DNA of 64,000 nt from the NCBI GenBank assembly GCA_039799905.1, contig JBDLRP010000039.1, forward strand, positions 64,001 to 128,000. The letters run 5' to 3'. Shown one piece after another: positions 1-9,442 of the stretch. The translations under genes were made by a program, and so were the position numbers. Below the pieces are notes generated by a model, which searched no databases, was not told the origin of the DNA, and saw only the letters and a program-made list of their open reading frames with translations. The DNA comes from Pseudomonadota bacterium (GTDB lineage: Bacteria > Bdellovibrionota_B > Oligoflexia > Silvanigrellales > Silvanigrellaceae). Within the stretch, counting starts at the first letter, position 1; every line of letters begins with the position of its first letter.

Positions 1-75
1 ATCTGAACTCTGAGTTTGAGCACCGCAGGAAACGAAAACAAAAGACGAAGCGAAAGCGACAAAAATTCTCAACAT
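1..75 (-). CDS. N-terminus of a putative lipoprotein (runs off the window edge)
   Basis: Manual translation from ATG at 75: MLRIFVAFASSFVFVSCGAQTQSSD. Hydrophobic signal with lipobox-like FVSC and a GGGGG RBS upstream. Not in the ORF track. Confidence 0.65.
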   Translation of the reverse strand, partial: MLRIFVAFASSFVFVSCGAQTQSSD

Positions 76-110
76 AAAAACCCCCGTCATGCACTGTGTG
101 AGGGTGTTTA

Positions 111-126
111 AGCAACTCGCTTGCCA
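111..126 (-). promoter_or_regulatory. Sigma-54 (-24/-12) promoter candidate for the lipoprotein at 1..75
   Basis: Minus strand TGGCAAGCGAGTTGCT matches TGGCACG-N4-TTGC with exact GG-N10-GC spacing. Confidence 0.6.
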
Positions 127-253
127 AGCATAAAGCATTGTAATTAATCAATAAAAATACACTTACAAGTGTCCAAGAATCAGACAATGAGAGATTTTTC
201 ATTGCAGCGAAGGTCTTCAGCTTAAACAGCTCATAACATCTGATGATTCTATT

Positions 254-1321
254 TCAGAAACGGACGGATGCATGAATTCCCAAGCCGCTGGTTTCTGTCC
301 GTTGCTGTTTTTTATTATCGGCTTCGCTGTAGTTGAGGACCTGAAGCGAGTACCTGTAACCCACGCCGAATGGCCCAAACAGATTTCGAATTCCAAAAAA
401 CGCACTCACGTGCAAGCTGTCGGCCGGAAGGGTTGTCAGTGCGGCCTGAGCACCCAAATCTTCGAGCGGCGAGCGTGCGGTTGAGGGAGTAAAGCTGACG
501 TCTGTCTGAGAGCTGAACATGTATTTTGCAGCCGCATCGAAACCAATTTTGTCGGTCACAAGATCAAACCCTGACACACCCAACAAGTAAACACCAGAAG
601 TCGTGCCTTCTCTGTTCCCGAGCGTTCCAAGACTCAATGAGCTTTTCGACTGCGAGTATCCCGGCCCCGCGTCGACAAAAAAGTTGAGCGTTGATGTTGA
701 GAGGCGGCCATGAATCCAATGGTCGTAGGAGCTGATCTCGGGATACTCGGTACCACTGCCGTGTGCTTTTTCGTAGGTCAGCGTGTAGTGCGCAGAAACG
801 TGCTGCACAATTGCAACTCCGGTGTCGCTGCGGAACAGGTTCCGCCTGCTTGTAGGCTGTGGACCGCCACTGACAACGCCCAGCCGCTGCTCAAAGAGCT
901 GACGAATAAAACGATAATAAATCGGAAGCCGTACTCCGCCCCATGTGCGTTGATAAGTGCCGCTCTGTTGGGTTTTACCTGACTCGTCGATCGTGATGGT
1001 ACCTACGGCATAGCCCAGCGAAGGCTCGACGACTGCACCCGGATTTCCAGGAACCAACGGAACTCCGTTGACACCCAAGTATCCACCTGCTTCACCCTGC
1101 AGGAGAGTTCGCTTGCTTTGCGGATTATGAGCATACTCAAAACCAAGCACGGGTCGCAGCTCAATGCCAAACGCAGCCGGCTTCCAATCAGGAAGCAAAG
1201 CACTCGCAACGGGCGCGGCCTCTTCTTCCGCAAGTGCTGTGCTTGAAAACGAGAAAACACTCAGTGCGGTAACCGCCGCGAGAACTATTGCAGAAAAGGG
1301 CGCAGTCACGAGGACAGACAC
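254..1321 (-). CDS. Secreted hypothetical protein, probable outer-membrane beta-barrel
   Basis: GTG start at 1321 after GGAGG; signal peptide ending ALA; amphipathic Gly/aromatic-rich strands; C-terminal Phe (ASVRF). Confidence 0.6.
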   Translation of the reverse strand: MSVLVTAPFSAIVLAAVTALSVFSFSSTALAEEEAAPVASALLPDWKPAAFGIELRPVLGFEYAHNPQSKRTLLQGEAGGYLGVNGVPLVPGNPGAVVEPSLGYAVGTITIDESGKTQQSGTYQRTWGGVRLPIYYRFIRQLFEQRLGVVSGGPQPTSRRNLFRSDTGVAIVQHVSAHYTLTYEKAHGSGTEYPEISSYDHWIHGRLSTSTLNFFVDAGPGYSQSKSSLSLGTLGNREGTTSGVYLLGVSGFDLVTDKIGFDAAAKYMFSSQTDVSFTPSTARSPLEDLGAQAALTTLPADSLHVSAFFGIRNLFGPFGVGYRYSLQVLNYSEADNKKQQRTETSGLGIHASVRF

Positions 1322-1340
1322 GTCGACCTCCAAACGCATA

Positions 1341-1380
1341 TGGCAATCATAATGGGTTGCTTATCCCATTATGATTGCCA
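1341..1380. repeat. Perfect 16-bp inverted repeat (stem-loop)
   Basis: TGGCAATCATAATGGG (1341-1356), 8-nt loop, CCCATTATGATTGCCA (1365-1380); no U-tract. Confidence 0.85.
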
Positions 1381-1406
1381 CCAAACGCTGAAGTATTCAA
1401 TCAGTG

Positions 1407-2540
1407 TCACTCTGCCTGAGTGCAGTTGCTGAGGTATTTTTTGTCGATGAAGCCGCGCGACACTTTGTAGAAATCCGAACCTTCGACAGTCGCAAAAACC
1501 GTGACAGGCCAGTCTATGCGGTAGAATGTCGAAACTCGATTTTCCACGCCGTCCACTGGAACATTGAGGTACACCGGAGCAATACCGGACGAAGATTCTA
1601 CGCTTGAAATCTTGCAAAACATCTTGCCCGAAATGAGTTTCGGCTGCGGAGCAGGCTGAGCCACCGGCGCCTGTGGCGCTGCTTCTACCACAGGAGGCTG
1701 CGTTGCAGGTTGCTCTGGTTTTGCGGTCTGAACGGGCGATGGTGTTGGACGTGGCGCGGGTTGCATCACAGAACCAACGGCTGGATCGGTGGCCCAGTTG
1801 CCGACAACCACACGCATATCAAGTGAGGAAACTCCCTTTGTGACAGTCCAGCGGTCGTTTGCAGCGCGCGATTCCATTGCCTTGACTTGCCCCGCATAGC
1901 CGCTCAGGCCATCGAAGGTGTTGAGAATCGTGTGAAACACAGATTTGATTTTAGCGTTCGGATTTCGCACGCAGCCACCCGAAACGCGCCTGTCGGAAGG
2001 GTTTGGCAATTCGAGAATCTCTTCAGCCGAGTTGCCGTGCATTCCATATGCACCATTGAACCATAAAACATACTTTCCGAGCGGATTGCGCGAACCGCAG
2101 GCGCCGTATATTTGCGGGTTCTGGGCGAAGACACGCTGACGTTCCTGCTCGCTGGAAACAACTCTTCCGGTGGCAGGATTGACCGGATTGCGCGGGTACC
2201 ACGCAGGGCAAACTTGCATATCTTCGACATTAAAAATGCCTGTCGGTGTAAAGTGCGGCCGGCCATTGTGCCACTCACCGGTCACATCACCACTGGCAAT
2301 ATTCCACTGATCTACTGCAACACCGCTCTTGTACATGGTCGCACGGTTTGTTTTGAGATTGAGGCGGAAAGCGATTTTGGCCTGCAGCGCAGATTGAACC
2401 TGCGAGCCAGATAAGCCTCCCACAGCCCACATCACTTCTGAATCGGTGTCGGTTTGAGCTTTGACGCAGGCCGTTGATAAAAGCACTGCTGCGATTCCGA
2501 CGGCAGACAAAACTGAAGAGAACTTCTTAATGCTTTTCAT
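1407..2540 (-). CDS. L,D-transpeptidase (YkuD family) lipoprotein with Pro-rich linker and C-terminal SH3b-like domain
   Basis: TPTG, NPLG, YGMHG and SGGCVR catalytic motifs; lipobox STAC; start refined to ATG 2540 (MKSIKKF). Confidence 0.85.
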   Translation of the reverse strand: MKSIKKFSSVLSAVGIAAVLLSTACVKAQTDTDSEVMWAVGGLSGSQVQSALQAKIAFRLNLKTNRATMYKSGVAVDQWNIASGDVTGEWHNGRPHFTPTGIFNVEDMQVCPAWYPRNPVNPATGRVVSSEQERQRVFAQNPQIYGACGSRNPLGKYVLWFNGAYGMHGNSAEEILELPNPSDRRVSGGCVRNPNAKIKSVFHTILNTFDGLSGYAGQVKAMESRAANDRWTVTKGVSSLDMRVVVGNWATDPAVGSVMQPAPRPTPSPVQTAKPEQPATQPPVVEAAPQAPVAQPAPQPKLISGKMFCKISSVESSSGIAPVYLNVPVDGVENRVSTFYRIDWPVTVFATVEGSDFYKVSRGFIDKKYLSNCTQAE

Positions 2541-2674
2541 ATGGCCCCCAAGATGCGGAATCGGCTCCGCCCATGCACACTGCCGTCCACACAGCAAGAC
2601 GCGTTCCATCCGGATGGGAGTGTTTAACTTGGCAAAAACAGGGAATATTCGGCCGCAAAGATTTCTAAAGATTG

Positions 2675-2716
2675 AAAAAAAAATCGACACCCTTTTCAGA
2701 GGTGTCGATTTTTTTA
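2675..2716 (-). terminator. Intrinsic terminator (could act in both directions)
   Basis: A-tract, ATCGACACC, loop, GGTGTCGAT, T-tract; lies just downstream of the 2739..5195 gene. Confidence 0.8.
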
Positions 2717-2738
2717 TCACTCAGTCCGAACACTTTAT

Positions 2739-5195
2739 TTAATCGCAGATCCCGCCCACGGAATCGCCGATGGGATTCGGATCATTCAATTCCGGTGGTT
2801 CGGTAAGAATGACGCCGTTGATCTCCTCTAACAAACGAGCAGAAAGGACGAACGCAGGCAGACCCATAAGACTCAGCAGTGCCCCGCTATCCGAGTGACT
2901 TGCGACCTGAAATGATTCGCCCCTACTGCCTTCGAATTTCATGACAACCCGGCTGCTCAGGTAATCGACAAGCTTATCATCGACACTCTTTTCATTCGGA
3001 CTACTTGGCTCCTTGTTGATCGATTCGAGCGCACCGTCGTTGACGTGGACGCCATAAACCGTATCGGTGGGCAAATATACTTTATTTCCATTCGGGTCAG
3101 TCCCGACGTCAGCAACTCCCAGATTCGGACCGATGCCAGTCGCGTTGCATCCGCTTGGCTCATAATCGTTCAAGTTCCGCACGCCGATCGGTACGATGAT
3201 CAACTTTGACGACGAAGGATTGGAAGGGTCGTTCAGCTTGATTGGCAACACGGTAGACCATTGTTTAAATAAATTGTCTTTCAACCGCACATTTCCAAAT
3301 ATCGGAAATAATCTTGGACCGAACGTCTCGGCCGCGCATGAATCTTTCAAAAACCTTTGCAGAACTCGAGCAGCGCCCTGCACAATGGGAGATGTGTTTC
3401 GCCCCGGATTTTTGTGATACATCGCAATATCAAGGAACAACGTATAGGACATGGCGAGGACCTTCAAATTCGCTCTGAATGCGCTGTCCGTTGGCGCAAT
3501 GTAGAGCGGATAGCTGGAATCAATTCCGCCATTGTTGATGAGGGCAGCAATCAAAACATTCAACCGTTTACCGAGAAAATCGAGCGGCGCCTTTGAAGAT
3601 TGGCGGTTGAGTGCAATATCCTCAAGGCGAGCAGTGTCGGGCGGGCCGAAATCAGCCATACAATCCTGGCTGACAGACCCGCCAAATATTGGTATCGACG
3701 GCACCCCCGAACCTGTCAGGCTGCAGAACGCAGAGTTTAGAGAATTTATAACCTTATCTGCACCCGTGAGCACTTGTGCCAACTCAGCCAGAGTCTTGGT
3801 CGTTGCCTCCGGAGTGCTAAAATCCAGCTTTGTGACATCGGTCTTGGGGCTCACAAAATACATGGAAAAAGAAGACAAGTCTGGCTTTGAACTACCAAGC
3901 TCTTCGGCGAACGACCGCATTCGGCGCGCGTGAAGCAGACCATCATAGAGCGAATTTACGAACTTGTTCACTGTGATTTGTTTACGGATCGGCTCCGGAA
4001 AATTGGCTGCGAAAATGTTATCAACGTCAGTATTATTTCCTTTTTTCGACTCTTCCGCAATGAAGTCAAACGCGGCTTTGCGCGCCGCACTGCGACGCTC
4101 TGATTTGTCGTTCGCTTCACCACGAATTCTGAATGGAATGTCGTGAGCCAGATCAACTGTGCCTTTGAACGTCGAAATATCAGTCATTGCATAGCAATCA
4201 AAAATACTCGCAGGTTTGCCATCAGAAAATTTTGGTATGAAATCTGTGCCTTTTTTTGCAAGGCAATAATCTTCGAATGTTTTTCGATATAAGTCGTTCG
4301 TGCGTCCATCCATCGAACGGAGTAATAGAATCTTTTCCCGCAGTTTTGCGTCACCGGCCGCACCTTCGCCACCTCCGACAGCCAACACCTTTTTTCTCCA
4401 AACGCCTCCATCAGAATCGAGCTTGACAGGTATATAAAAACCTCTTTTAGCATTGAATAATGGCTTGGATTTCTCTTGCGGTAAGAAAACCTGCAGAGTC
4501 ACACCGTCGTGGTAGGATGGCTGATAGCAGTGTTCAGCGGTCATCACGCGCACGCGTGGTTTGGGTGTGCCGTTCATGACGTCGTCGTAATCCATTAAAA
4601 AATGCGCTGTACAAACTTTTGTCAAACGTTTGGGCGCACGCTCACGTTTAAGAGCCTCAATAAATCGCGTTTTGACGGTTGGGTTTTGTTCGTTTTTTAT
4701 TGTTCTTTGATCCCTCGAATTGAGGCATCGGCCAATCCAAGTGTCAGGCGACGATTCGAACGCGTTGCTCGCAAGACAGTAGGGAATCTGCAAAACCTCC
4801 ACAGCCCCGTTCGGATTGCCTGCGACATTGTCAACAACTCCGAGTTTGGTAAAACCGTCTTTAAGCGGGCCAGTAATAAATTCAGGCATTTTTGTTTCAT
4901 AGCCATCAAATGTGACGTAGATGTAACCACCAGCACGAACATTTTGAAGAGGTGTTGCCGCACCCTTGCCTACTTCGATTGCAGAATTATTGTCGACCGT
5001 CAGATTCAGCGCATCACCCGCAAGTTTCTGCTGGCCTGAGTTCTGGCACGGCTTGTTCTGCGATTCAGCTGACTTTCCTGCTCGATCGCCCTTTAGATAT
5101 CTGCCCGAAGTAGAAACACCACCGCTGCAAGCGGCCAGCATCACTACCCAAAACAACGACTGACCGATGTATATCGAAGAGCGTCGTGCCGCCAT
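2739..5195 (-). CDS. Large lipoprotein with dispersed trypsin-like serine protease motifs
   Basis: Lipobox LAAC; CTAHFL, VMTAEHC (H222), TDIS (D339), HSDSGALL (S770). Confidence 0.6.
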   Translation of the reverse strand: MAARRSSIYIGQSLFWVVMLAACSGGVSTSGRYLKGDRAGKSAESQNKPCQNSGQQKLAGDALNLTVDNNSAIEVGKGAATPLQNVRAGGYIYVTFDGYETKMPEFITGPLKDGFTKLGVVDNVAGNPNGAVEVLQIPYCLASNAFESSPDTWIGRCLNSRDQRTIKNEQNPTVKTRFIEALKRERAPKRLTKVCTAHFLMDYDDVMNGTPKPRVRVMTAEHCYQPSYHDGVTLQVFLPQEKSKPLFNAKRGFYIPVKLDSDGGVWRKKVLAVGGGEGAAGDAKLREKILLLRSMDGRTNDLYRKTFEDYCLAKKGTDFIPKFSDGKPASIFDCYAMTDISTFKGTVDLAHDIPFRIRGEANDKSERRSAARKAAFDFIAEESKKGNNTDVDNIFAANFPEPIRKQITVNKFVNSLYDGLLHARRMRSFAEELGSSKPDLSSFSMYFVSPKTDVTKLDFSTPEATTKTLAELAQVLTGADKVINSLNSAFCSLTGSGVPSIPIFGGSVSQDCMADFGPPDTARLEDIALNRQSSKAPLDFLGKRLNVLIAALINNGGIDSSYPLYIAPTDSAFRANLKVLAMSYTLFLDIAMYHKNPGRNTSPIVQGAARVLQRFLKDSCAAETFGPRLFPIFGNVRLKDNLFKQWSTVLPIKLNDPSNPSSSKLIIVPIGVRNLNDYEPSGCNATGIGPNLGVADVGTDPNGNKVYLPTDTVYGVHVNDGALESINKEPSSPNEKSVDDKLVDYLSSRVVMKFEGSRGESFQVASHSDSGALLSLMGLPAFVLSARLLEEINGVILTEPPELNDPNPIGDSVGGICD

Positions 5196-5226
5196 GTCCG
5201 GTGCCCCCGCCGAAATCTCTAGGGCG

Positions 5227-5252
5227 TATCGGAACTATCGTTCGACAAATAA
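5227..5252 (-). promoter_or_regulatory. Sigma-28-like promoter candidate (weak -35)
   Basis: Minus strand TTATT-N15-CCGATA about 30 bp upstream of the 5195 start. Confidence 0.4.
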
Positions 5253-5323
5253 GGTTTTTCCCGTAATCCACTAAGAACGGTAGACAATCTCTCAATTTAA
5301 GTTTTTTATTGAGCACTAAACTT

Positions 5324-6853
5324 TCAGTTGCGCAAAGCAACTTGAACGCGGAAATCGAGTACGACCTTGCCTTTGGCTGGGACAGAGAGCTGCCACTCGG
5401 CGTTGTCCTTGCTGATTTTTTTATGATCGTGGGTCGAAGAAACGATTTTCCACTCACCGGGAATTACTTCGCGATAAATCACCTGCTGTGCGACTGACTT
5501 TGCATTTTTGAACGTGACTCGCACGCCGGTCTCGCTGTTGCGGACGAATTTTTTGCTTCCGCCGGACGAAGGAAGATTTCTGAAGGACGTGCGCTTGCGG
5601 CGGGTTGTCACATCAAACGATCGGCCCAGCCTTACTCGCACGCGTTCGCCTTCGGGAGTGTGGCGGATATTGTCTTCGCCGATGAACTGCGACATTCCAT
5701 TTTTATCGCTCTTGTAGACGCGCAGAATTCCCGCCGGCAGTGGCATACCGATTTTCGCATCCTTGTCATTTTCAAACGCAAGAAAAACACCGCCCGCAAC
5801 AACAGCTCCGAGCTCGGCATCATCAGCTGATGATCCTGAATCCGTTTCGCCAAGATTGAATTCGTCTTCCGGCGAATAATAGTTTTGATGACCGGACGTA
5901 AAGATCAGTTCCTTGCGTGTTTGTACTTTGCTTGCCTGCAGGAGCGTCACCTGCTTGGTCTGATTCGACAAGATGCTTGTCGCGCGCGGCAGCGTGTAAA
6001 GGTGATATTCAAAAAATGCATCACCCGAAACAGAAGAGGAGTCTGCGCTGACACTCGCTGCCTCAGGAGACGCAAACATGCGTGCCTTTGACATCGTGCG
6101 ATACGACTCGCGCTCAACTGTCTGAATCTCGCCACCCATCAGCTGCAGCTGTGCGTTGCGAAAACTCGTTCCCGACTGGTTGGTGAGTGTGACGAGTCCG
6201 TTGAGATTCATTTGCGTTTCGTCTTCGTTGAGTTCTGCATTGTAATCGGCCCGCCACGAGATTCCCTCGGTTTGGTAGCTGAGCTCGAGGTCCTGTTCGC
6301 CACGCTTTTTGCTGTCAATCAACAAGCTCAGCGCGGGCTCGGCGCGCAAACTTGCAGGTAAATCGGGAAAAGAAATGCGCCCCGGGATTCCTGTTTCGAC
6401 GCGATCTTTCATTTTGAGAACGACGCCATTTTGCACCGCCAACACTTCGGCGGGTTCGGCGGTTTCACTGCCGTTGGTCGGGTGCACGCGAATAATTGAA
6501 ACTGTTCGGCCAAGGAATTTTTCGAGAAGTTGCTGCGGAGATATGAGATCAAATTCAAGATTCTGCTCGAGAACGGTCAGCTCCCCACCACTACTCAGGC
6601 TTTTAAACTGAGCCGTCTCGGCTTTCATCTTGCTGCTGACGTCCTGCACTTCCAGCTGAAAGCGCCCCTTGTCGAAGGCAACCTTGCGCCGATCGCGCAC
6701 AAGCGCTCTGCCATTGGAGTAAACCGTCAATGAAACCTTTGTCTGTTCCGAGATTCTGCTACGCAAAACCTTTGCCTCCTGCGACTGAGCCATGGCGGAT
6801 GTTGCGACAATTCCAATGGCCGAGGCAGTGAGCAGAACAGACAATTGATTCAT
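5324..6853 (-). CDS. Secreted DUF4139/DUF4140-family protein
   Basis: Signal peptide; SLTVYSNG.ALVRD, SY.T.GISW.ADY, LPAG, FIGED.I.HTP motifs; ATGA overlap with the speA stop. Confidence 0.8.
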   Translation of the reverse strand: MNQLSVLLTASAIGIVATSAMAQSQEAKVLRSRISEQTKVSLTVYSNGRALVRDRRKVAFDKGRFQLEVQDVSSKMKAETAQFKSLSSGGELTVLEQNLEFDLISPQQLLEKFLGRTVSIIRVHPTNGSETAEPAEVLAVQNGVVLKMKDRVETGIPGRISFPDLPASLRAEPALSLLIDSKKRGEQDLELSYQTEGISWRADYNAELNEDETQMNLNGLVTLTNQSGTSFRNAQLQLMGGEIQTVERESYRTMSKARMFASPEAASVSADSSSVSGDAFFEYHLYTLPRATSILSNQTKQVTLLQASKVQTRKELIFTSGHQNYYSPEDEFNLGETDSGSSADDAELGAVVAGGVFLAFENDKDAKIGMPLPAGILRVYKSDKNGMSQFIGEDNIRHTPEGERVRVRLGRSFDVTTRRKRTSFRNLPSSGGSKKFVRNSETGVRVTFKNAKSVAQQVIYREVIPGEWKIVSSTHDHKKISKDNAEWQLSVPAKGKVVLDFRVQVALRN

Positions 6854-8772
6854 CCAATGATCTCCAGACGTCGTTTGACGAGCAGGTACGGGTACTCAGA
6901 GAAGTAGGATTTTACTTTACCGAAAATTTGGTCCGCGTCACCTTGTGCGAGCTGTCCGGACTGTACGCGTGCCTTGAGCTGCTGCCCATAGCCGCTGAGA
7001 ATTCCCTCGTCGGTGTAATTCATCACGCGCAGAAGCTCGCCGACGTCTTCGCCTTTGACTTCTTCCACGTGTTCCAGCTGACCGTCGGCATCCACACTGA
7101 CAATCAGTTCGTTCACTGCACCGAACAGGTTGTGGTTGTTGCCAAGTGCCTCCTGGTAGGCACCGACCAGAAAGAATCCAATGTAATAAGGAGTGTCAGA
7201 ATGCGGAACATGCAATTCCAGCGACGGCTTCACGTCGCGCTTGTCGACGAATTTGTCGAGGCAGCCGTCGGAGTCGCAGGTGATGTCCATGATGACGCCG
7301 GTCTTGCTGGTGCGCTCGTTCAGGCGCGCCAACGGCATGACTGGAAAGAGCTGTTCAATACTCCACGAATCGGGAATCGACTGGAAGATTGAAAAATTCG
7401 CGAGGTATTTGCTGGTGCGGCTTTTGGCAAGCTCCTCGAACTCCTCGAGCTGGACTCCCGAAAGCGCATGATAGTGCAATGCTTTGTTGGCGATCTCGTT
7501 GACGATGACTTCGGCCTTGGCACGTTCCTCGATGCCGAGATAGCCGAGCCCGAACAGTGTGAACAGCTCGTCGCGGTACTCGATGGAGTCATGATAGAAC
7601 TCAACGTAGTTTTTGCTGTTCATCTGCAGATACACGTTCATCATATCGCGCAGAAGCTTATGGTCGGTCGTTTCAATGGCAACTTCTTGTATGTCGCCGC
7701 CCATTTTTTCAACTTCGCGAACGTCCGTCACAAGAACCGCATGATAGGCTGCAACTGCGCGGCCGCTTTCACTGACAATTGTCGGCGGAGGACAGTTTTC
7801 CGACTGACAGACCTCCTGAACGAGATACACGACGTCATTGGCAAACTCTTGAAGTGTGTAATTGGCGCTGGCGTAAAAGCTCGTCTTCGAGCCATCGTAG
7901 TCGACGCCGATTCCACCGCCGATGTTCAGATAGCGAAGGTTGAACCCGTTCTTGTAAATTTTTGAAAACACACGGCTCGCCTCCTTCATCGCGTTCTTCA
8001 CGCGCTTGATCTCGGTGATCTGCGAACCGATATGATAATGGACCATGGCGAGCGACTTTTTCAGTCCGGCCTCTTCGATGAGCCACAACGCCTCCATCAT
8101 TTCAACAGAGCTCAAGCCGAACTTGCTTTCTGTTCCAGATGATTTTTCCCACAGCCCTGAGCCTTTGGAGTAAAGCTTTGCCCGCAGGCCGATATCCACG
8201 CAGTATCCGACCTGCTTGGCGTATTCGATGATGAATTTGAGTTCGTCGGTTCCCTCGATGACGAGGATGACGTTCTTGCCCATGCGCTTCGCTTCAAAGG
8301 CAAGCTCGATATAGTGCGAGTCCTTGAAGCCGTTGCACACGACCAGCGCATCGGGGTGAAGTTCATAACTGAGGGCAGCGAAAAGCTCCGCTTTGGTTCC
8401 CACTTCCAAACCATAAGCGTGTTTTCGGCCACTCTTGACGAGGGCGTCGATAAATTCTTTGCGCTGATTCACTTTGAAAGGAAAAACGCAGCGCAAATCG
8501 CCGGCGTATTTGAATTCTTCCATGGCATTGCGGAACGCGGTGTGAAGGCGGGTCAGCTGGGTGTCGAGAATCTGCGGAAAGCGCAAAATCAAGGGAGTCT
8601 GGATGCGGCGCTCGTAGGCGTGTTCAAGTATTCTCGTCAGGTCGACAGCAACCTCTTCGTTTCCGAACGGATGCACCTGCACAGTTCCACGGCTCGAAAC
8701 ACCAAAGTAGCCTGAACTCCACCCATCAATTCCATATCTTTGAAGGGCATCTTGAATGTTTTGAGTCGCCAT
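6850..8772 (-). CDS. speA: Biosynthetic arginine decarboxylase
   Basis: FPFKVNQ (PLP Lys), GLEVGTKAEL, CNGFKD, HIGSQI, ESGRA, FQSIPDSW and DITCDSDG motifs. Confidence 0.95.
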   Translation of the reverse strand: MATQNIQDALQRYGIDGWSSGYFGVSSRGTVQVHPFGNEEVAVDLTRILEHAYERRIQTPLILRFPQILDTQLTRLHTAFRNAMEEFKYAGDLRCVFPFKVNQRKEFIDALVKSGRKHAYGLEVGTKAELFAALSYELHPDALVVCNGFKDSHYIELAFEAKRMGKNVILVIEGTDELKFIIEYAKQVGYCVDIGLRAKLYSKGSGLWEKSSGTESKFGLSSVEMMEALWLIEEAGLKKSLAMVHYHIGSQITEIKRVKNAMKEASRVFSKIYKNGFNLRYLNIGGGIGVDYDGSKTSFYASANYTLQEFANDVVYLVQEVCQSENCPPPTIVSESGRAVAAYHAVLVTDVREVEKMGGDIQEVAIETTDHKLLRDMMNVYLQMNSKNYVEFYHDSIEYRDELFTLFGLGYLGIEERAKAEVIVNEIANKALHYHALSGVQLEEFEELAKSRTSKYLANFSIFQSIPDSWSIEQLFPVMPLARLNERTSKTGVIMDITCDSDGCLDKFVDKRDVKPSLELHVPHSDTPYYIGFFLVGAYQEALGNNHNLFGAVNELIVSVDADGQLEHVEEVKGEDVGELLRVMNYTDEGILSGYGQQLKARVQSGQLAQGDADQIFGKVKSYFSEYPYLLVKRRLEIIG

Positions 8773-8948
8773 TGTCTTCTCCCCCATATGTCAGGGCATA
8801 TTTCACATCGTTCGGATGAACGCGCGTCTTATCCCAAGCACCCGCGCTGTCAAGGAAATTCGCCGTCAAGGCGGACACGGAAAGGGCAAATTTGAAACGC
8901 TGCCGGACGAGCCCGTGCGTTAGGGTTGTGGCAGGGAGGTACAGAACC

Positions 8949-9440
8949 ATGCCGATTTTGCGCAACCAACGCTATGACGAATTCGAGCATTCAACTCCCA
9001 GAGACTCCTTCAGGGGAATGCCACTCCAACGATTTCCGTGGCTTCTCGAGGAAAAAAGCAGCTCGACGCTTTCCGGCCGACTGCAGTGGAAGGTGAGCGT
9101 TTATTGTCTCAACGCCAGCCCGAGCGGATTCGGCAGCAAACTCAACATGGAGCTGCGAGCAACGGCTGTTCTCAAGGCTGATTCTGCCCACAGTCATGCG
9201 TTCCCCGATTCCAGCAGTGAGCGGGTTGGCATGCTTTTCGGTGACGCCAGTCTGTCCATCGAGGACGAGCTCGACAAAACGGTCGAGGGTCGACTTGAAG
9301 ACCTTGCCGTCTTTGCCTCTGCGTTGCTCAAGGAAATGCTGGCCCACCTCAACAAGGAGTGGCCCGGCGAAAGAATTCAAGCGAATCTGCGAGAGAACCT
9401 GCGCAGGTCATCGCCCGGCGGATTTGCATCGACACGCTAG
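8949..9440 (+). CDS. Hypothetical protein
   Basis: ATG at 8949 after strong GGGAGGT RBS; fills the gap between speA and the HD-GYP gene; no recognisable motif. Confidence 0.55.
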   Translation: MPILRNQRYDEFEHSTPRDSFRGMPLQRFPWLLEEKSSSTLSGRLQWKVSVYCLNASPSGFGSKLNMELRATAVLKADSAHSHAFPDSSSERVGMLFGDASLSIEDELDKTVEGRLEDLAVFASALLKEMLAHLNKEWPGERIQANLRENLRRSSPGGFASTR

Positions 9441-9442
9441 TT

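Noticed and set aside
2574..2589. Sigma-54-like TGGACGGCAGTGTGCA upstream of the L,D-transpeptidase
   Set aside because: GG-N10-GC spacing is right but there are too many mismatches to call.
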